Assembly: GCA_038064295.1 (NCBI GenBank)
Contig: JBBTTH010000021.1
Location: forward strand, 1 to 38,094
DNA length: 38,094 bases
DNA from: Patescibacteria group bacterium
Lineage (GTDB): Bacteria; Patescibacteriota; Minisyncoccia; Phycocordibacterales; UBA6065
Direction: 5' to 3'
Part shown: one piece after another, positions 33,891 to 38,094 of the stretch
Layout: each line of letters begins with the position of its first letter
Position numbering within the stretch: the stretch's first letter is position 1
Program-made: the position numbers and the translations under genes
The notes under the pieces: model-generated
What the model saw: the letters and a program-made list of their open reading frames with translations, nothing else
The model's database searches: none
What the model was told of the DNA's origin: nothing

Positions 33891-34427
33891 ATGAAAACTC
33901 TACGAGAAAAACAAATACACGCCTTTGAAGTCATGAAAAAAGATTTCGGTTATAAAAATATCATGCAAGCGCCGAAAATTTTGAAAGTCGTGGTAGCGGC
34001 TGGCATCGGTTCTTTCAAGGACAAGAAAAAAATAGAGCTCGCGGGTGACCGCATTGCCAAAATAACCGGCCAAAAACCGGTTCTGCGCGTCGCCAAGAAG
34101 TCTATCGCCGGTTTCAAGAGCAGAGAAGGAGATCCTATGGGCTATCAAGTGACTCTGCGCGGCAATACTATGTGGAACTTCCTGGAAAAGTTGGTCAACA
34201 TCGCTCTGCCCCGGACAAAAGACTTTCGCGGACTGCCGTCCGCGTCGGTGGACGGCATGGGCGGGTATTCCATCGGCATTCGAGAGCATTCTATTTTTCC
34301 CGAAACTTCCGACGAAGAATTAAAAGACGTTTTTGGCTTCGGTGTTACGGTTGTCACAAACGTAAAGAAAAAAGAGGAAACAAAAAAATTTCTGGAATTG
34401 CTGGGGTTTCCAATCAAGAAAGCGTAA
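33891..34427 (+). CDS. rplE: 50S ribosomal protein L5.
   Basis: NIMQAPKILKVVV..GIG... and GKVTLRG-type YQVTLRGNTMWNFLEKL match the L5 pattern. Confidence 0.95.
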   Translation: MKTLREKQIHAFEVMKKDFGYKNIMQAPKILKVVVAAGIGSFKDKKKIELAGDRIAKITGQKPVLRVAKKSIAGFKSREGDPMGYQVTLRGNTMWNFLEKLVNIALPRTKDFRGLPSASVDGMGGYSIGIREHSIFPETSDEELKDVFGFGVTVVTNVKKKEETKKFLELLGFPIKKA

Positions 34428-34430
34428 AAA

Positions 34431-34546
34431 CAGAAAAGCGGACCCATCTTTCTCTCGAACAGTCCTCGGGTCGGATTTGTCAAGGACAGACCTATGACAA
34501 ATCCTCCCCTGCGGAGGTTCTCAATAAAGATGGGTCCGCTTTTCTG
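34431..34546 (+). terminator. 116-nt structured element: a perfect 21-bp outer stem enclosing copy 2 of the 48-nt core. It is terminator-like.
   Basis: cagaaaagcggacccatcttt (34431-34451) pairs perfectly with 34526-34546. The interior holds the core at 34457-34504 plus the hairpin cctcc-cctgc-ggagg. Confidence 0.7.
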
Positions 34547-34548
34547 CG

Positions 34549-34577
34549 TTGACACCCCTATAAACCTTTGCTAATAT
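34549..34577 (+). promoter_or_regulatory. Near-consensus promoter TTGACA-17-TAATAT upstream of rpsN.
   Basis: It starts 3 nt after the outer stem and lies about 38 nt upstream of the rpsN ATG. Confidence 0.55.
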
Positions 34578-34614
34578 GGCGGAACAAAGCTTTTTCAAGG
34601 CTTTTTTATTTTCA

Positions 34615-34800
34615 ATGGCCAAAACTTCAGTAGTGGCGCGGGCAAACAAAAAACCGAAGTTCTCTTCGAGAATAGTTCGGCGTTGTTTCCGCTGTGGCCG
34701 AAAGAACGGTTTTATGCGTTCGTTTGGGCTCTGCAGAATTTGTTTCAGAGAGCTCGCCAACGAAGGCATGATTCCGGGTATTAAAAAGTCTTCTTGGTAA
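34615..34800 (+). CDS. rpsN: 30S ribosomal protein S14, type Z (zinc-binding, 61 aa).
   Basis: MAKTSVVARANKKPKFSSRIVRRCFRCGR....GLCRICFRE carries two CxxC pairs. Confidence 0.93.
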   Translation: MAKTSVVARANKKPKFSSRIVRRCFRCGRKNGFMRSFGLCRICFRELANEGMIPGIKKSSW

Positions 34801-34889
34801 ATAATTGGTAAATAAAAAATCAAATTAATTTAGGCAGTGGGGCTCGGGAGACGATGTGAGTAACAGCCGAGAACTAGACGCTAAAAAAC

Positions 34890-35279
34890 ATGAGAGACCC
34901 AATATCAAATTTAATAACTACACTCAAAAACGGCAGTGCCGCCAAACTGGATACTGTTTCCGTTCCTCTTTCCAATTTCACCGCTTCTGTCGTGGATGCT
35001 CTGGCTCGCAGAGGATTTGTAAAACCGGGGGTGAGGAAAGGCAAGACCATAAAGAAAACTCTGGAAATCGGTCTCATTTATGTAAATGGCAAGGCGCGCA
35101 TCACGGATGTAAAACGTCTTTCAAAACCGTCAAAACGTCTCTATCGCGGTTATTCCGATATTCATCGTGTCATGCAGGGCTACGGTTCCATGTTTATCTC
35201 TACACCGAAAGGCATTATTTCAGACGATGAAGTCCGCAAACAAAAGGTCGGCGGGGAAATTCTCTTTACTATTTGGTAA
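34890..35279 (+). CDS. rpsH: 30S ribosomal protein S8.
   Basis: MRDPISNLITTLKNG and the C-terminus GGEILFTIW match the S8 pattern. Confidence 0.95.
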   Translation: MRDPISNLITTLKNGSAAKLDTVSVPLSNFTASVVDALARRGFVKPGVRKGKTIKKTLEIGLIYVNGKARITDVKRLSKPSKRLYRGYSDIHRVMQGYGSMFISTPKGIISDDEVRKQKVGGEILFTIW

Positions 35280-35306
35280 TTTTAATAATTTTTTATATAC
35301 AAAACC

Positions 35307-35834
35307 ATGTCGCGCGTCGCAAAAAAACCAATAGTGATTCCGGAAAAGACTCTCGTTACAGTTGATGGTGTCCACGTGTCCGTAAAAGGTCCTCTGGGCG
35401 AGATGTCGCGCACTTTTAAACCCGGTATTGAATTCAAAGTTGAAAATGGCACAGTTATGGTCACACTCCGTCGCCCGGAAAGCCATATGCTCCTCGGCAC
35501 ATATGCTTCGCATTTGAAAAATATGATAAAAGGCGTAAATGCCGGTTTTACGAAAAAACTCATTGTTGAAGGCATCGGTTTCAAATCGGATGTAAAGAAC
35601 GGCAAGTTGGAAATGGCTCTCGGTTTTTCACATCCCGTTTCGGTTGAGATTCCCTCGGACTTGAAAGTGGCGACCGACAAGAACGTCATCACCGTTACAG
35701 GTGTTTCAAACGAGTCTGTCGGCGGCTTTGCTTCAAAGGTGAGAGCGTTAAAGAAACCGGAGCCGTACAAAGGCAAGGGTATTCGTTACGAAGGCGAGGT
35801 CATACGCAGAAAGCAGGGCAAAAAAGCCGCCTAG
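35307..35834 (+). CDS. rplF: 50S ribosomal protein L6.
   Basis: MSRVAKKPIVIPE..V......V.VKGPLGE... and KKPEPYKGKGIRY match the L6 pattern. Confidence 0.95.
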   Translation: MSRVAKKPIVIPEKTLVTVDGVHVSVKGPLGEMSRTFKPGIEFKVENGTVMVTLRRPESHMLLGTYASHLKNMIKGVNAGFTKKLIVEGIGFKSDVKNGKLEMALGFSHPVSVEIPSDLKVATDKNVITVTGVSNESVGGFASKVRALKKPEPYKGKGIRYEGEVIRRKQGKKAA

Positions 35835-35869
35835 TCAGGGTGTATGGCAGATTGTCATCCAAAGATAAT

Positions 35870-36268
35870 ATGAATAAAAACATTAAAAAACAAAAGAGAG
35901 ACCGCAGACACGTAAAAATCCGCACGCGGATTTTCGGTACGGCGAAAATGCCACGTTTGGCTGTTTTTCGGTCAAATAAATTCATGTATGCTCAGCTCAT
36001 AGATGATGACAATGGGCGAACTTTGGTTTCCGCTTCGTCTCTTTCGGACAAAAAAAGCCTGAAAGGCGGTAAGGCTAAAGATAATGCCGGGGACGCGAAA
36101 AAAGGCACGAAAAAAATGAACGCGGCGATAATCGTAGGCAAAACAATTGCCGAAAAAGCTCTGGCTATGAAGATAGAATCGGTTGTTTTTGATCGTGGCG
36201 GTTTCGGATATAGAGGTCAGGTCAAAGCGTTGGCGGAGGGCGCGCGCAGTGGCGGACTCAAGTTTTAG
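35870..36268 (+). CDS. rplR: 50S ribosomal protein L18.
   Basis: RRHVKIRTRIFGTAKMPRLAVFRSNKFMYAQLIDD and VFDRGGFGYRGQVKALAEGAR match L18. ATG 35870 is preferred over GTG 35840. Confidence 0.93.
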   Translation: MNKNIKKQKRDRRHVKIRTRIFGTAKMPRLAVFRSNKFMYAQLIDDDNGRTLVSASSLSDKKSLKGGKAKDNAGDAKKGTKKMNAAIIVGKTIAEKALAMKIESVVFDRGGFGYRGQVKALAEGARSGGLKF

Positions 36269-36285
36269 CATAAAAAATAAACAGC

Positions 36286-36987
36286 ATGAATCCCGAAAAA
36301 GAAAATAAAATAGAGGAAAAAGAAATTCCGGTCGCGCCAGGAGTAGTCATACCTGTGCCGCCGGAAATTATCGCCGATGAAACTGTTGCGCCGATAGAGG
36401 CGCCAGCCAGTGTTGTTTTGCCAAAAGTGCGGGACGAGAGGGATTCCCGTGGACCGCGGGGAAGAGGCAGAGGAGGACGCGGCGGCCGCAAGGGCGACAA
36501 TCGAACTCCGCGCGCCAAGCCCGAATATGACAGCGTCATGCTCAATATACGCAGAGTGGCGCGTGTGGTTTCCGGCGGCCGCCGCTTTGCCTTCTCCGTA
36601 GCCATCGTCGCGGGAAACAGGAAAGGCCTGGTCGGCGTGGGCTTGGGCAAAGGCAGTGATACCGCCCTGGCCATAGACAAGGCGACCAGGCACGCCAAAA
36701 AAAACATGATAAAAGTCAATACGACCAAGGATATGTCCATTCCCCATGAAGTTTCTGCAAAATATTCCAGCGCCCGCGTCGCGCTCCGCCCGGTGAGAGA
36801 CCGCGGTTTAGTTGCCGGTTCGGCTGTGAGGACTGTTTTGGAATTGGCCGGTCTCAAAAATATCGCGGCCAAAATCGTTTCACCTTCAAAAAATAAACTA
36901 AACATCGCTAGGGCCACCATCGTCGCTCTGGGAAACCTCACTCTCAGACGTCCGGTTGAATCAAAGGAAGCCAAATCACCCAAATAA
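36286..36987 (+). CDS. rpsE: 30S ribosomal protein S5 with a roughly 70-aa N-terminal extension containing an RG-rich tract.
   Basis: The core is RVARVVSGGRRFAFSVAIVAGNRKGLVGVGLGKG. The extension includes RGPRGRGRGGRGGRKG. Confidence 0.95.
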   Translation: MNPEKENKIEEKEIPVAPGVVIPVPPEIIADETVAPIEAPASVVLPKVRDERDSRGPRGRGRGGRGGRKGDNRTPRAKPEYDSVMLNIRRVARVVSGGRRFAFSVAIVAGNRKGLVGVGLGKGSDTALAIDKATRHAKKNMIKVNTTKDMSIPHEVSAKYSSARVALRPVRDRGLVAGSAVRTVLELAGLKNIAAKIVSPSKNKLNIARATIVALGNLTLRRPVESKEAKSPK

Positions 36988-37030
36988 TCAAACGAGAATT
37001 AAAAATGATTTACAGTATAATTCAAAAACC

Positions 37031-37474
37031 ATGCAAATCCACGATTTAAAAAGAAAAACGCCAAATACAAAAAATCCCAGCATAGGGCGTGGTGGAAAAC
37101 GCGGTAAAACCAGCGGTCGTGGCACAAAAGGCCAAGATGCCCGCTCAGGGCGAAAAAAGCGCCCGGAGCTCCGCGACTTTATCAAACGTATTCCAAAACT
37201 CCGCGGTCGTGGCAAAAACTCCTTCAAATCATTTGCTTCGAGAGCCGAAGTTGTCTTGCTCTCTATGCTGGAAAAAAATTTCAAATCCGGCGACAGGGTT
37301 GAGCCGGCTTCTATCATAGCCCGTGGCATCATAGACAAAACCGAGGGTAATTTTCCACGCATAAAAATTCTTTCCGGCGGGGAAATCACCAAAAAACTGA
37401 TTGTCTCCGGCGTGGAAATTTCTGCGAGCGCCAGGGCGGCCATTGAAAAAGCCGGGGGAGTCGTGCATGCTTAG
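37031..37474 (+). CDS. rplO: 50S ribosomal protein L15.
   Basis: IGRGGKRGKTSGRGTKGQ matches L15. It follows rpsE directly, with no rpmD between them. Confidence 0.93.
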   Translation: MQIHDLKRKTPNTKNPSIGRGGKRGKTSGRGTKGQDARSGRKKRPELRDFIKRIPKLRGRGKNSFKSFASRAEVVLLSMLEKNFKSGDRVEPASIIARGIIDKTEGNFPRIKILSGGEITKKLIVSGVEISASARAAIEKAGGVVHA

Positions 37475-37518
37475 GTAGTCAAGTAGCGACAACAGGAGAG
37501 GCGGTAACAAACATTCCC

Positions 37519-38094
37519 ATGAACAATTTTTTAAGCAAACTCTCACATATTTTCCGAGACAGAGACTTGCGCAAGCGCATCCTCTTTGTCGTCGCCGCTT
37601 TGATAGTCTTTCGCGTTCTCACTACTATCCCAATTCCTGGCATTGACACGGCTCGGCTCGCCACTCTCTTTGCAAACAGTCAATTTCTCGGCCTCCTCAA
37701 CATTTTTTCCGGTGGCGGGCTCTCAAATCTCTCCATAGTTATGCTGGGTGTCGGTCCGTATATCACCGCCTCCATCATCATGCAGCTTCTCACCATCATG
37801 ATTCCCGCTCTCAAAGCTCTCTATCATGAAGAAGGCGAGGCGGGACGCGTCAAATTCGCCCAGTATTCCCGCAGGCTGGCTTTTCCTCTGGCCCTAATTC
37901 AGGCTTTCAGTTTTATCGTCATATTCCAGCGCCAAGAAATCATTCCTGACCTTGCCCCTTTTGTTCTCATACTGAATGTTCTCATCATTTCTGCCGGTTC
38001 CATGCTCCTCATGTGGCTCGGCGAGCTCATAACCGAATTTGGCATGGGCAACCGCACGTCAATCATTATATTTGCCGGCATCGTGGCGGCTCTG
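37519..38094 (+). CDS. secY: Preprotein translocase subunit SecY, N-terminal 192 codons. It runs off the window end and is absent from the ORF track.
   Basis: My own frame-1 translation gives MNNFLSKLSHIFRDRDLRKRILFVVAALIVFRVLTTIPIPGID...GGGLSNLSIVMLGVGPYITASIIMQLL...EEGEAGRVKF.QYSR.., which matches the SecY pattern. Confidence 0.9.
   Translation, partial: MNNFLSKLSHIFRDRDLRKRILFVVAALIVFRVLTTIPIPGIDTARLATLFANSQFLGLLNIFSGGGLSNLSIVMLGVGPYITASIIMQLLTIMIPALKALYHEEGEAGRVKFAQYSRRLAFPLALIQAFSFIVIFQRQEIIPDLAPFVLILNVLIISAGSMLLMWLGELITEFGMGNRTSIIIFAGIVAAL

Noticed and set aside
34145-34555. Track ORFs 34172-34552 (+, 126 aa) and 34145-34555 (-, 136 aa).
   Set aside because: They overlap the rplE 3-prime end out of frame and run through the palindromic element. 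The palindrome keeps both strands open by symmetry. Their translations contain no credible protein motif.
1-38094. Search for CRISPR arrays, transposases, integrases, rRNA genes, reverse transcriptases and restriction-modification or other known defence genes.
   Set aside because: I saw no regularly spaced direct repeats and no ORF with the corresponding catalytic motifs. The only repeats are the palindromic elements and T-rich motifs reported above.

Overview
This 38-kb window looks like a small-genome bacterium of the Candidate Phyla Radiation (Patescibacteria/Parcubacteria-like). That placement is inferred from gene content only. Coding density is high and most genes are on the + strand.

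Layout, left to right:
1. 1-5.4 kb: a type IV pilus module. It holds a pilB fragment, pilC, three pilin/pseudopilin genes and a 576-aa PilX-like protein.
2. 5.4-16.3 kb: housekeeping and DNA-uptake genes. These are tpiA, pgk, a HIT hydrolase, recJ, rnhA, a comEC membrane part, Fe/Mn SOD on the opposite strand, a separate ComEC-type MBL nuclease domain, rpmB, an M50 protease, tRNA-Ala(CGC) and an RsmC-like methyltransferase.
3. 16.5-19.6 kb: rpsL-rpsG-fusA.
4. 19.6-25.7 kb: a compositionally mosaic accessory island wedged between fusA and tuf. It carries secreted, membrane and surface proteins plus an orphan AAA+ ATPase.
5. 25.7-38.1 kb: tuf followed by the S10/spc ribosomal protein cluster up to a partial secY.

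The ribosomal cluster is unusual in three ways. A RelE/ParE-type toxin-antitoxin pair sits between rpsJ and rplC. L29 and L30 genes are missing from their canonical slots. Very long A-run/T-run-flanked hairpins, each followed by a near-consensus promoter, interrupt it.

I found no CRISPR array, transposase, integrase, rRNA gene or recognisable defence system. The leads most worth follow-up are:
- the fusA-tuf island, including a G9 tract in a putative promoter spacer;
- two families of repeated structured palindromic elements;
- a 138-nt palindrome embedded in-frame in a pilin leader;
- a 36-nt phased T-rich motif shared by the two halves of a split ComEC.

All functional calls come from reading motifs in the supplied translations. 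No database search was run.
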